A DNA stretch of 64,000 nucleotides from Trypanosoma brucei. Its lineage: Eukaryota. Positions 23,402 to 34,530 of the stretch are shown here, piece after piece. Positions within the stretch are counted from its first letter, which is position 1. Each line of letters begins with the position of its first letter. Below the pieces are notes generated by a model, which searched no databases, had not been told where the DNA came from, and saw only the letters and a list, made by a program, of their open reading frames with translations. The position numbers and the translations under genes are program-made. The stretch spans positions 960,001 through 1,024,000 of the forward strand of contig CP000068.1 of assembly GCA_000002445.1 (NCBI GenBank), given 5' to 3'.

Positions 23402-24181
23402 TGTATATATATATATATATTTTTTTTTTATAACTTCTTTTATCCAAGTGTTTTTATGACTGTCTGTATGAAAGTTCGGATACAATTCGCCAGAAATCCG
23501 GGGACTAGCGGGTAGCAAATGTGGCAGTGACGCCAGAGCACCACGAACTGCTCTTCCCCCTCCTCCACTGCTACCAATAATGTAGTTGTACTGTAAACAA
23601 TCACAACACAAATAAATAAGTAAATAAAGGGAAAGTTTGCACCATTAATGACAGGAAAAGTCAAGGAAGATATCAAGAAGGGAGTACGAGTAGTATGGGC
23701 GTTGCAAGTGATGGCAACAAAAAAATCAGAGGGAACAGAATGATTTCGTTCGCCACTTCCCTTTTCTACAACTGTGACCGTGCATATTAGTGGAAGGTAC
23801 ATCAGGGAGGGGGAAAGGATTGACTGATATTACTGAAGAATAAAAAGTTATATATATTTACGGAGAGGGGGGGGAGAGAACAGGAAAAACAATTAGCGGA
23901 TGGAAAAAGTGGGCTTACTGTACTCATATATCCGTTCTCCACTTTTTTTCATTTTTTAAAAAAATCAAAGCACCAAATCGGAAAACTCGGACGGACACTG
24001 CTATATACCGCAGTAAGGAACTAAAACAAAATGCGTACAGAAACAATAAATTATATATACGTCCGTAAGATAGTTTGAATCTACTTTGAAACTCTTGTTA
24101 CACAACTTTCTCCTTGTACGCTAACATCAACTGAGACACACCTATATCCACACACATACACACGCACAAGCAAGCAAACGA

Positions 24182-24212
<31 letters not shown>

Positions 24213-24769
24213 ATAGTGGTGGTAATGAACAAAATAGAGTCCAACAGCTGAAGACACGGAATAGTTCAATAACGTAATAAAAAAAGAAGCAAGCAAATAG
24301 AAAAAAAGTTGAAAGGGCGCTAACCGCAACGACCGCAAGGATGGGGTAGTTCCCCGTTTACAGGTTTAGAGGACCGGCAGTAGAAACGCAACCCCTAATG
24401 AATAAAATATGTCCCGCCAACAAACCGTTGCACGACAAAGATTAACCGAAGTAAACACCATACTACTTTTCATTCCCGCGAGTCTTGCATCATACCATTC
24501 GCCAGTATAGTCGTGATGCTTACGGAACGGCTGCAGCAGCGCCATGCAGGTGGTACATCACTGCTAACGATCCAACCCTTCACCAGTTGTCACCTTTCCC
24601 CCTTTCCCCAATTTCGTCCTCGTACCTTCCTTACCAACTACTTCCAGCTGATCAATTATCAGACTCTCATTTCTTCCTCTTTCTGCTTTCTTTACAATCC
24701 TCACTGTCCTCTCCTCACCTGCTAGCTAATAAAGAATAAATACCATCTTTATTTCGACACCAGTGACCC

Positions 24770-27700
24770 TCAAACGTTTTTGGAAACTGTCAGTGGCACC
24801 GGAGATTCCCTTTTCGATGAATTAAGAGAAGTTGCAACAAGTGAAGGAGACTCTCGTGCAATAAAAAATTCGCACTGCTCACCCTCCTCTGCGACAGTTT
24901 CGAAATACTGTTGGAGCACCTGCAATCGGCGACTCCTTCTACCATTTGGGGAGCCTAGTTTGTGTGCCCGAGCAACCGGAGGAACGTCCATCGTATTATG
25001 GTGTTCCTGTCGCATGCCCTGGCTTGAATCAGCGTGTGATCCATGGGAGAAACTAGTAATGGGAGGCATATTTTGTGACTCTACCGCTTTTGGTGGGGGA
25101 CTATTTAGTCCGAATCCTTCACCGGCCCCTCCAGACGGTGTAACAACTTCAACTGTGGCCCCACTGCGGTGCGTAGAGAAACTTGTAGATTTCAGCGTCC
25201 CGCAGACTACATCAGATCCTTGACCACTTACCGGTGCCCTCGATTCACCTCCGTATCCACTGACTTCCTCAGACGTCGCAGCCACCAACTGTTTATAGGA
25301 ATCGTCATGCATTATTCCACCTTCTGCTCCATTTCCTTCCTCATCACTGCATCCACTCGCAACATCATCGTCCCCCTTATACACCGTAACCATCGCAGCC
25401 TCTTCCGTCAGGCCATCCGTACCCTTACGACGCCTGCGAATAAATCTCAGGGCTTCCTCAGCACTTGGCCGGCGAGCTGGATCTGGCTCCAAAAGATAAA
25501 CAATGAAGGCCGCAAGTGCCATACTATACCCGTATACCTGTGTTAATTCTTCCAGCAACTTCTTTTTGAAGTCTGGTTTGTTGGACTCGCTAAACATAAC
25601 TTTTACATTGTCACTTTCTACGCGCTTTGCGCATACGGCGTAAAGAATGCACCCGGTGGCCCAAATATCCACCTTTGTGGAGTAGTGTCGCTGCCAACAC
25701 TCCGGTGCCACATACGGCAGCGAACCGACGCCCGTTTCGCAGAAGGTCTTGTCCATCACACGCGAAAGTCCAAAGTCTGTCACAACAATGCGCAGCGTCT
25801 CCTCTGAGGCGCCGGTGCCGATTCTTCCGCTGCTGTTCTTCGAACTCCAATCTACCCTGTCATATCTATCCCGGTTCCTCCCCCTTTTCACAGCAGGCGA
25901 CGAATCGAGAAGAATGTTTTCTGGCTTTAAGTCACGGTGAATGATTGGCGGTTTTTGTTGGTGCATGAACTGCAGAACCGTTAGTATCTGAAATGCAATG
26001 CTCACCACTGTCTTTTCAGGAATCTTTGGTTCTGACTTTTGTTGCCGCACCCACATACCCAAGTCCCCCCTCTCATGATAAGCCATTACAAGTGATAAGT
26101 ACCGCTCCCCCGCCTGGGGGCGGTGTGATGGTACGTGGGATTCTGATTCATCACCGCTGCCTACACGGTGAATGCGAGTGGGATCGTGTAGCAGCAGCTC
26201 ACCGCGACACTGACGTCGATACGCGCCTTTCCTCCCATCAACGCCGTCGGAGGTCGGTAGATGGGTATCAAACCGATAGGACATGAACATGTCAACGAGG
26301 CATATCACATTTGGGTGCCCTTGAAGGGTGTAAGCGACCTCACACTCTCGCATGGCCTCGTGACGATCCATGTCATCGGCACATTGAACGTACTTCAATG
26401 CGAATCGTTCTCCATCCATCACTCGTTCCACAAGGTACACTACGGAGAATCCACCCCTACCGAGGCGGCGCAGTACCCGGTATTTTCCATCCAGCAAACT
26501 TTGTTTCTGGTGCACCGGAAGAGCAGCACCTGGACCGAAACCTCGGCGATGTCTGCTCTTATCATCATTTTCGTCATCGTAGTCACCAGATTCGTCCTCC
26601 GAGAAACATCCTTCGACTACAGTCACATCAACTTCCTTACCATGTTTGTGCCTTATAGCATAACTTATCATGCTAGCACTCCACAGCACTAAACTCACAC
26701 CACATCCTACTGCCACACCAACAAGGTAAAGTGGTTCAACAGCTGGTGGCGGCACCGGCTGAGGACCTGGTGGATCCGGTACCCAATGAGTTACAGGGGA
26801 AAGAACAAATGGGTCGTTTGCATTTAGTGGTCGGTAGAAACCAGTAGTACACGGTCCTTGATGCGCATCCATCGCGCCCAGCGGTACGTGTGGCGCCCTT
26901 AACATTGATGAGGATGATTCATGCACCGCCCTCTCGTTACACCGCTGGACGGTGGCCGCTCCAGTGGAGAAGCAGACATAAACAAACAACTGCTCGTAAA
27001 ACACATTATCTGTATCATTACCGAAACTTCTTTGCGTTGGTCGGGGATGAAACACAAATTCATCTCGATGTGTGGTGCTGGTGTTTATGTAAGGAGTGGT
27101 GATATTATGTATACCGTTTATGAGGGAGCCAGTGAGAGTGATCGGACCCACGGCAACGGTGTTCACGACCGCGGAGACGTTCTTGCCCGGGTCAGTCATA
27201 TTTACTACGTAGGGCCAAGTATTGGCGAATGACAAATTCCCCAAGTTTAACAATACAGAGTTGCACGCAGGCGAATCGGAAAGCCGCAACAAACATGTTG
27301 ATGATGTTAGATTGCCGCTCACTTCCCCTGTAGCATTGATGCCCTGACAGGCAGTTGAAATCTGTTCCGACAAAAGGATTGCAAACGTGAAATTATACCA
27401 CAGTGGCTTATACCCGTTTACGTGCACTGTCCAGTTTCCGTCTTTATTTGGCAAGTCCGCCGGAGGGGGCGTTGGTTGATCGTGCATTGTTGCATTAGCT
27501 GTTGGTTGCTCCTCGTCATGAAATGGGTCGTCGAGAACACTCTGCCCCGTATGTGATATACTGTCCACCTCTGTCGTATCTCCTTTCGAAAATTTGGCCT
27601 CTACTATTTGGCCTCCTTCCCCACTGCGCGCTATTCCTAACATTTGCCGGTGTGTCGCGTCATCTGCCACTGAAATGTAGTTAAATCCCTGCACCGTCAC

Positions 27701-29044
27701 ATCAGCATGACCGTCTGCAACATGCACGTTACCGGTGAAGAGATCGCGTGAAATACCCGTCCCATCCGGTGGGGGTATTTGCCCGCCTATGAGATAGAGT
27801 GACATGCCGTCGGCATTTGGTACGGAAGCAATAACGGCGTTGGTACGCAGCGGTGCAAAACCAATCATCACATCTGTCGCGTCACTACCCGGCCCTGAGA
27901 GGTCCACCCATGACTCCAGTCGATCGAAAGAACGTCGATATGTTGCCGCAATCATTGCCAACGTTCGATTGTATATCATGAGCTGCGGCGACAACCAGTC
28001 TAACAACTCAGAGTCGAACTGACCAACATCTGCCGTGAAGTATGTGGGGTCCACAACATACACGTTGTCGTTGTATTCTGGCCAGCCTCTGTAGTCACGG
28101 CAGCCCCCTCCAATAAACACAAGCTCACTGTTGTCTACCACGCCCGGTGTAATAAGTGAGGTGCCCAACCCCCAACCAGCGTCGACAAATTGTCCAGTAA
28201 CTGTGTTGAACTGTGAAACGGACGTCATGGGGTTACCATCTATTAACGATACACCACCTACGATATAAATTGTACCATTGCCATTCCCCACACAACTAGC
28301 GTTGAAGCGAAGTGTTGCGGTGTCGGGAATCGAAATGTGTTGTATATCCATTGAGAGATCATCCACTGGAGGGAACTGCTGTTGGTACAACCTAATTACT
28401 TGGACAGATCGAAGAGTTGCATTGATTGTTTGCCCGCGACCAGGACGAACACCATAGGGAAGCATTGTACAGAAGCCAATAACGTACACTGTCGATCCCA
28501 GCCGAACTGCGTTTGATGTTCCGACAGCCGGAAAGTGCAACTTCGCCGGCACGCGCACGTCCCCTTTGGTTCTCCCGTGAAAAGTTTCACTACCACTACC
28601 GTCGTGTGCAAATGTTGCATTATCTTGAAACATCATGGGTGTCACAAATGTCTCGGTAGTTATATCCAAAGCACTGATCGTGGTAAGTGCGTAATACCGG
28701 ACGAAGTTCTCTGCCGATGTGAAGGGCCGAACGAGCCGGGTACCTCCAACGATAAGAACATAACGACCCATCGATACCGCTGACGGCAAAATACCCGTTA
28801 CGTTGAGGCTGGCTTTGCTTGGACTCCATCCCGTAAAGGTAACAGTTGTTTGGTCGGTGTCATCGTCAAGGAGAGATGATACCGCTTGAACGGCATTAGC
28901 AGATTCGTGACGCCGCGCAGGCGTGGCCCTCAGTGGCGCTGCTAAGGAATAACGGGATGTGAGGGAGAGGAGCAGCAGAGCCCATATCCTAAGAAAAAGG
29001 CAATATCTAACCAACACCATGCGTCCTCCTGGCGTTGTGGTCAT
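24770..29044 (-). CDS. receptor-like protein kinase II (paralogue of kinase I): signal peptide, beta-propeller-like ectodomain, TM helix, ePK domain
   Basis: The track start at 29089 is TTG. The first ATG is at 29044 (MTTTPGGRMVLVRYCLFLRIWALLLLSLTSRYSLAAP, a signal peptide). Propeller-like blades (YVLIVGGTRL, YIVGGVSLIDGN, YLIGGQIPPPDG, FIGGGCRDY). TM LYLVGVAVGCGVSLVLWSASMISYAI (~26655-26735). Kinase motifs: LGRGGFSVVYLV, ALKYVQC, IIHRDLKPENILLD (~25930), VVTDFGLSRV (~25790), PYVAPECW. Confidence 0.85.
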   Translation of the reverse strand: MTTTPGGRMVLVRYCLFLRIWALLLLSLTSRYSLAAPLRATPARRHESANAVQAVSSLLDDDTDQTTVTFTGWSPSKASLNVTGILPSAVSMGRYVLIVGGTRLVRPFTSAENFVRYYALTTISALDITTETFVTPMMFQDNATFAHDGSGSETFHGRTKGDVRVPAKLHFPAVGTSNAVRLGSTVYVIGFCTMLPYGVRPGRGQTINATLRSVQVIRLYQQQFPPVDDLSMDIQHISIPDTATLRFNASCVGNGNGTIYIVGGVSLIDGNPMTSVSQFNTVTGQFVDAGWGLGTSLITPGVVDNSELVFIGGGCRDYRGWPEYNDNVYVVDPTYFTADVGQFDSELLDWLSPQLMIYNRTLAMIAATYRRSFDRLESWVDLSGPGSDATDVMIGFAPLRTNAVIASVPNADGMSLYLIGGQIPPPDGTGISRDLFTGNVHVADGHADVTVQGFNYISVADDATHRQMLGIARSGEGGQIVEAKFSKGDTTEVDSISHTGQSVLDDPFHDEEQPTANATMHDQPTPPPADLPNKDGNWTVHVNGYKPLWYNFTFAILLSEQISTACQGINATGEVSGNLTSSTCLLRLSDSPACNSVLLNLGNLSFANTWPYVVNMTDPGKNVSAVVNTVAVGPITLTGSLINGIHNITTPYINTSTTHRDEFVFHPRPTQRSFGNDTDNVFYEQLFVYVCFSTGAATVQRCNERAVHESSSSMLRAPHVPLGAMDAHQGPCTTGFYRPLNANDPFVLSPVTHWVPDPPGPQPVPPPAVEPLYLVGVAVGCGVSLVLWSASMISYAIRHKHGKEVDVTVVEGCFSEDESGDYDDENDDKSRHRRGFGPGAALPVHQKQSLLDGKYRVLRRLGRGGFSVVYLVERVMDGERFALKYVQCADDMDRHEAMRECEVAYTLQGHPNVICLVDMFMSYRFDTHLPTSDGVDGRKGAYRRQCRGELLLHDPTRIHRVGSGDESESHVPSHRPQAGERYLSLVMAYHERGDLGMWVRQQKSEPKIPEKTVVSIAFQILTVLQFMHQQKPPIIHRDLKPENILLDSSPAVKRGRNRDRYDRVDWSSKNSSGRIGTGASEETLRIVVTDFGLSRVMDKTFCETGVGSLPYVAPECWQRHYSTKVDIWATGCILYAVCAKRVESDNVKVMFSESNKPDFKKKLLEELTQVYGYSMALAAFIVYLLEPDPARRPSAEEALRFIRRRRKGTDGLTEEAAMVTVYKGDDDVASGCSDEEGNGAEGGIMHDDSYKQLVAATSEEVSGYGGESRAPVSGQGSDVVCGTLKSTSFSTHRSGATVEVVTPSGGAGEGFGLNSPPPKAVESQNMPPITSFSHGSHADSSQGMRQEHHNTMDVPPVARAHKLGSPNGRRSRRLQVLQQYFETVAEEGEQCEFFIARESPSLVATSLNSSKRESPVPLTVSKNV

Positions 29045-30948
29045 GACCACTTCCTCCCCGTCTCCTTTCCTGCTCCAGGTAGCTGTCAAATGATTACAAA
29101 TGCAATCACAGACGCCAACGCGAAGTAATAGAGGAAAGCGGTGGTAATGACTATTATTAGTACCAATGGTAGAAGAAAATGGAACACTAAAGTAAAAAAA
29201 AAAAGAAAACTGTCCGTCAGACAGCCAAGGCGCGCGTATGTACCCTGCTACTACTAATGCTTCTGCTGACGCGCCACGCTGTTAACAGGCACCCTAAGGA
29301 GCCTTGACGTAAGAAGTGACGTAGCAAAAAAAAAAAAAAATGGAGTTAAAAGTGGAAGTGGCATATATGTGGGGTAAATTAATAACTTTAGTGTTGAAAA
29401 TATAACGGAGACAGCACAGTTCTTCTACAATAATGATACATATATATATATATATATATCTTTTTTAAAAATTTTGAACCTTTGCGTTATATTATGGCGT
29501 GTTACTCTTACCCGGCTCCTCTTTTAGAATGCATTCACGTGGAGAGGGAAAGGGTAAAAACATATAAGCAAAGAAGCACTTTTTAACGGAGGGAGTAAAT
29601 CAAGGTTAACACGGGAACAAACGAGTAGAAAAAAATGGGAACTTTAGTTAAAACGATCTCAGAACAAATCAGAACACCCACTAACTCTCAAGGGGGACGA
29701 ACAAGAGCGAAATGATGGGGAAACGGACCGCTACCCTCTTCTACATTTTTTTTAAAAAAAAAATTGTGGTGGAACTCACATGCGGGTCTGAGCAACGGGA
29801 AGTCATTAGTGCCGTTGTCGCTCCTTCTCTTACTTGCATTTTTTTCTTTACCACGTCCCTCCCCCTTTTTTTTTTCCTCCAAGTAATGTGACTGAAATGA
29901 ATAGAAGAGCGAAATAAGTGCTTGGAAACGTGTAAACTGCCACAAACAAACGCACAAAAAGGAAAAATACAGAAACCAGCATCCCCTACACTCAAGATGG
30001 TTCTGCCATCCTGCAGCACAACACAAAGTAAGAGTGGCAACGTTCTTCTTTACAAAAAAAAAAATGATTGTCCCTTATTTTAACTGATGGAGAGCCCACA
30101 CCAACCAAAAACAACACTACATAATATTATCATGCTGAAGCGCATATGGGAGACTTGCAGACGATAATGTGCGAGATAATTGCGCGAAGTCCGCTGAAAA
30201 GGTCGAAGAGGAAAGGAAGGGGAAATATGGAGGCCAGACGGCGAAGAAAAACAAAAGGGAAGGGTTGTGGGGACAAGCAAAAAAAAAAAAACAGAATAAA
30301 AACTCGCGAAGAACTACATGTAGAGTGAACAGTGAAGAGAAAAGACACTTCAACAGAAGGAGTACAAAACAACACTGGTACCAAATGTTTGCGAGGAAAC
30401 GTGGCTCACAAACCTGTTACCGAGCATATTTCTGGAACTCATTGGTTTATTTTCTGTTGAAGGTGCAATGAATTTAGAATGACATGAAAAAGAAAAAAAA
30501 AGTCTTCTCGCCCCCCCCCCCAACATTCCTTCTCTTTCCCCTCTTAGTATCTTTCCCCATTTTATTTCCTTCCCCTAGACTTTTTCATGCGGATAAATTA
30601 GCTCAGACACCACATACACACACACACACCGTACCATACCGCCTTCCCTTCTTCACATTATCCACACTGTTATAATCGCTATAGTTTCTTTCCTACTCGT
30701 CTCTCATATCTTTTCCTGACGGTCTGCTCCCTCCTTTCCTTAACTTCAACACAAACATTGTTACTATTATAATCACCATTATTTTTTTTCCTCGCTTTGC
30801 TTGCAGTGCACACTCAATTCCGCACATAAGTGTCTACATACACCCACCATCTCACGCAGGTACGGTTGGCCTCATTCCCAACGGAAGGAAACTCAACCCG
30901 ACAAAAACGTAAGAGAGAGAGAGAGGAAAAAAAAAAAGAAAGAAGACA

Positions 30949-32910
30949 TTACTTTTCAAAGAGCGTGGTGAGAGAATTTTCTGTATGAAGTTTCTCAATG
31001 GCACGTGCAAGCAACGGAGCAATAGGCAACACGCGCAGCCTCCTGGCGATGTGAGGATTTTTAAAGACCTCGTCGTGCTCTACGCTATCCGTAACCACAA
31101 TAAGATCGATAGGACTTTCTATGAGCCGCTCAACCGCGCGACCTGATATGATGAAGTGCGTTGCGATAAGTATGATACGACTGGCACCTTCCTCCCGCAA
31201 CTTGCAGGCAGTTTGACATATTTCAGTAGCTTCGTCAACAGAGGTATCTACAACAATGCACAGTTTCCCTTGTACATCTCCAACAAGGTCAATGCCTTCA
31301 GAGGTGATCGTGGTATCGCCATCATCTTGGATGGCGCAAATTCCCTGCTCCTGCTGCAGTAGCGCCTGCTCGAAGGCGCGTGTGCTCCCTACATTCGCAC
31401 CGCAATGGTTTATGTTGAGCACAGTATCCTGCAGCCCCCGATAAACCTGGCGCCTTACCGCTGTGCACAGTGGAACGAACTGCTCATCGGGGGAGAGTTT
31501 TTTGTACTGCATTAGCGCGTCTGCGAAATTCTTTGCACGATGAACACCGGCTCCATTGGGTGCCACGACGGTAATATTCCTGAAGTCGTGCCCTTCAGCG
31601 GTCAGCTGGTTCGCAATGTACTGAACGAACTCATACCGCGCTGATATCAGCTCAAGTGGAACGGAAAACATTCCTTCTACCTGATCGATGGGCATGTCAA
31701 CAGTTATTACGTGTTGGCAGCCCATACTCTCCAATATCTCCGCCACTGCAGCCATGGAAGAAACACTTTCAGTAAAGGAAATATAGGGAATAACAGCCGT
31801 AATACGCGCCGCAGAACTTGCTCTTGCCGCATGTATCATGAGAGCAAGTTCCATTAAAGTACCGGAGTGGGACAGACCCACACGATCGCACCTCACCAGT
31901 GACTGAAGCACAAACAAATCGTCGCCGCGAACGGAACGTGGGAGCACCACGTTCACTTCTCCATTTGGATATTGACCGCAACACGGTGGGTAACGGTTGC
32001 ATTGAAGCACTTCGCATATCATCTTCTCGCAAAAGAGGCTTGTACTTCCTGGAAGAATGCAGACGGCAAAATCACCGTGTCTCTCCTGGTGTGGGAGCCG
32101 AAGTGTGAAGAAGAAAGTGTCGCTGTGCGGGAGAATGCGGCGGACATTTACCCCCGCTCGGTGCTCATATCGTGTAAGGACCTCTACTGTCTCTTCATAT
32201 GTTAGGCGAAAGACGGTGCCGTAAAATGCAATGAGGTCGAGGGCAACACGTCGCAGGTCATTTGCCGGCTGCGATATTGTACTACAGCTGATAACCTTAT
32301 CAACCATCAGCAGATGCTTTTGTAGCTCCAGACTGTCACGGGCGCAGCGCTGCATGAACTTCTTCAGTATTTTACGCAAAGCGGCCAGATTCAGAGCCCT
32401 GTATTGCAATATGGCCTGAGTTTTCACGTAGAGCTTCGGGATGTGTTCCTCGGGGCGTGCCCGGATCTCCTCTTCACTCATATTCTTTAGTTCTTCCACA
32501 CCTGCCAGGAGATCCGCCTCGAGACACTGTTGGTATTGCTTAACCTTTGTGAACGACAGCTGGATATCTTTGAAGAATTTCACCTCCAGTTCGGAACGTC
32601 TTTTCAGAAGTTCATCCAAAGAGCGTTTAGGGCTAAGGGAACTCCCCCCTGTTTGTGGCAATTTCATAGCCTCCGGTTGGTTAGCGAAGACGTCTTCAGT
32701 TTCCGAAGCAGTGCTTGTGTCCGCCGCGGCCGCTCTCGCTTCAATCTCACGAACTCGTTCGATTTCTTTGCACAGTTGTTCCAACTCCTTCGCGATTGGC
32801 TTCAGTTCAAAGTAAGCGACATAATTGTTGAGCGTGAAATCTGTATTGTACTCCGAAAGAAGGCGGCGGTGGAAGGCTTGCCCTTCAGAGCGACCCTTTC
32901 CTGTGCGCAT
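30949..32910 (-). CDS. SPX domain fused to a PRPP-synthetase-like (ribose-phosphate pyrophosphokinase family) domain, predicted catalytically degenerate
   Basis: ATG verified at 32910. The N-terminal ~215 aa carries the SPX hallmarks (MRTGKGR...YVAYFELKPIAKEL..., ALNLAALRKILKKF). The C-terminal part aligns with PRPS along its length: NGEVNVVLPRSVRGDDLFVLQS, LMELALMIHAARASSAARITAVIPY, GCQHVITVDMPIDQVEGMF (the canonical DLHA His is Pro), VAPNGAGVHRAKNFA, and LVGDVQGKLCIVVDTSVDEATEI (the PRPP loop DDMADTCGT is degenerate). Confidence 0.8.
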   Translation of the reverse strand: MRTGKGRSEGQAFHRRLLSEYNTDFTLNNYVAYFELKPIAKELEQLCKEIERVREIEARAAAADTSTASETEDVFANQPEAMKLPQTGGSSLSPKRSLDELLKRRSELEVKFFKDIQLSFTKVKQYQQCLEADLLAGVEELKNMSEEEIRARPEEHIPKLYVKTQAILQYRALNLAALRKILKKFMQRCARDSLELQKHLLMVDKVISCSTISQPANDLRRVALDLIAFYGTVFRLTYEETVEVLTRYEHRAGVNVRRILPHSDTFFFTLRLPHQERHGDFAVCILPGSTSLFCEKMICEVLQCNRYPPCCGQYPNGEVNVVLPRSVRGDDLFVLQSLVRCDRVGLSHSGTLMELALMIHAARASSAARITAVIPYISFTESVSSMAAVAEILESMGCQHVITVDMPIDQVEGMFSVPLELISARYEFVQYIANQLTAEGHDFRNITVVAPNGAGVHRAKNFADALMQYKKLSPDEQFVPLCTAVRRQVYRGLQDTVLNINHCGANVGSTRAFEQALLQQEQGICAIQDDGDTTITSEGIDLVGDVQGKLCIVVDTSVDEATEICQTACKLREEGASRIILIATHFIISGRAVERLIESPIDLIVVTDSVEHDEVFKNPHIARRLRVLPIAPLLARAIEKLHTENSLTTLFEK

Positions 32911-33627
32911 GCGGTTCCTATTTTGTGTTATGTTATGTTTTTTATTTTGTTTTATTTTATTGAATATATCCTCGCTTTCTCTGCCTTTTTCCTCCCTCTC
33001 GGGCGTCTACGTGTCGCGAATTTGAGAGATAATTGCTCCAGTTTTTGCCCAGGGGTTTATGTTAAATTTCTTTGCCACGTTATTCCTTCCTCTCGTTGTT
33101 GGTTTCCCTCCGCTTAAATAAAAGAATGTCAATTGCAAAAACATAGATGGTGAGCAAATAAAACAAAGCAAAACAAAAGAAAACGGAAACAAAGCGGTTG
33201 CGGGGTGGATGGTTTAAAAAAAAAAAACGTGTTGGCGCCCTTCATTCCCTTATTGCCATCATGATGTGCATAATTTAAGGCACCTCATATCGGTTAGAAA
33301 AAAACATAATTGTACACGTATCAAACCGTAGGAAGAGAAGGACGGTGTATTTTTGTTATTGACTCTGAGAAAAGGGAAGAAAAAGAATGGAATAACGACT
33401 CATTTATTTTCTTCTCTTTTTCTCAGAGTCAATAACAAAAGTAAAAGTATATTGAACCAGTTTCTCCACAATGGGCCCACATGTTGTATCACATGACTAC
33501 AAAGAAAAAAAAAGTCTGGAATGGAAATAATACAAAAATATTTAAAAAAATGACAACAATCTAAAAACTCAAACAATTCCACAGTAAAGCAAAGATACTG
33601 CAATGTGAAGATATGTGCCCCCAAACT

Positions 33628-33630
<3 letters not shown>

Positions 33631-33667
<37 letters not shown>
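33631..33667. repeat. (TA)~18 microsatellite
   Basis: Read directly from the sequence. Confidence 0.95.
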
Positions 33668-33670
<3 letters not shown>

Positions 33671-33948
33671 ACCAATGAAGAAATCAAAGATATGTTTACG
33701 ACGTGGGGAACCCCAGTGAGGTAATGAGGTTATCGTGATGAGAAAAAAAGGACAGAAAAAGAAACGGTAGTAGTTGTGAGGAATTATGGAAGTAAAAGTG
33801 GCCCTCATAACTACGAAAGCAGCCCTGTTAGGCTATAATAAGCAAACCTGATGATTCACAAAAAAAAAAACTGGAAATAAAATGTATACTTTGGTGTACG
33901 CGCGCAACTGACAAAAAGTACATGGCATGTGGAAACGCTGTTCTCCCT

Positions 33949-34530
33949 TCATTGTGATTGACGTGCGATTCCCCAGAAGTCAGGCAGTGAGTTATGTATG
34001 GTACGAGCAACTTTACCACTTCCCTGCTTCCCGTTTATGCTTTCTTTGCCTTGTTCCTTCTTTATTGAATACAATGCGTTGTGACAAAAACCTTGGCGAA
34101 TAACAGACTCCCGCAACACGGATCTTGCGTACTCACCGTAATAATCAATTGGTGTTTGCCGCTCCGCACTGTTTTTGCAATCTCCCATGGGCACCTCAGT
34201 AACCCAAAGACCAAGCGCCTCTAATGCGTGGGACCGATCATTACCCGTCACTTTAGAATTGCTGCTGCTGCTGTTGCCGCCGCTAATGTAATGTTCGGCG
34301 TTTCTGAAACAAGGGCCCGCAGTGAGCGAAGGTAGCTTATGCAGAAGTTCTAGTTGTTTCTGTACGGTGCAGTGATACAATGCAGATGCCTGCATTTCAG
34401 CCGTAGGTGAACGTTCTCTTTTCCATGTTATCCCTACCATTGGGCTTGTTGAATGGCCGGTACTACTGACCTTTTCATTGCTTGACATGTTTCTGTGTGT
34501 GTCTCGTAGAGTTTTTCTCACCAGCGTCAT
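33949..34530 (-). CDS. hypothetical protein
   Basis: The track start at 34707 is TTG. The first ATG is at 34530 (cat at 34528-34530). On the minus strand a long polypyrimidine tract (34535-34690) lies upstream. No recognisable domain. Confidence 0.4.
   Translation of the reverse strand: MTLVRKTLRDTHRNMSSNEKVSSTGHSTSPMVGITWKRERSPTAEMQASALYHCTVQKQLELLHKLPSLTAGPCFRNAEHYISGGNSSSSNSKVTGNDRSHALEALGLWVTEVPMGDCKNSAERQTPIDYYGEYARSVLRESVIRQGFCHNALYSIKKEQGKESINGKQGSGKVARTIHNSLPDFWGIARQSQ

Noticed and set aside
23402-23611. ORF-track N-terminal extensions that start on TTG/GTG rather than ATG
   Set aside because: Checking the nucleotides shows the start codon is TTG or GTG for eleven ORFs that I trimmed: 1377, 8156, 15567, 23611, 29089, 34707, 47761, 51064 and 57500 in the features above, plus 6287 (rejected below) and the track M at 63882. 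The track evidently uses a bacterial start table. Several of these extensions translate polypyrimidine tracts or (TA)n/(GT)n repeats into F/L/S/C-rich or YIYIY junk. I trimmed each to the first ATG after verifying it on the sequence.
29090-30948. Possible gene in the 1.9-kb gap between the SPX-PRS gene and kinase II
   Set aside because: There are only short low-complexity ORFs on either strand (30080..30384 -, 30146..30471 +), encoded by K/R/E-rich purine tracts and F/L/S pyrimidine tracts. This fits a UTR/intergenic region with polyY and poly-purine runs.
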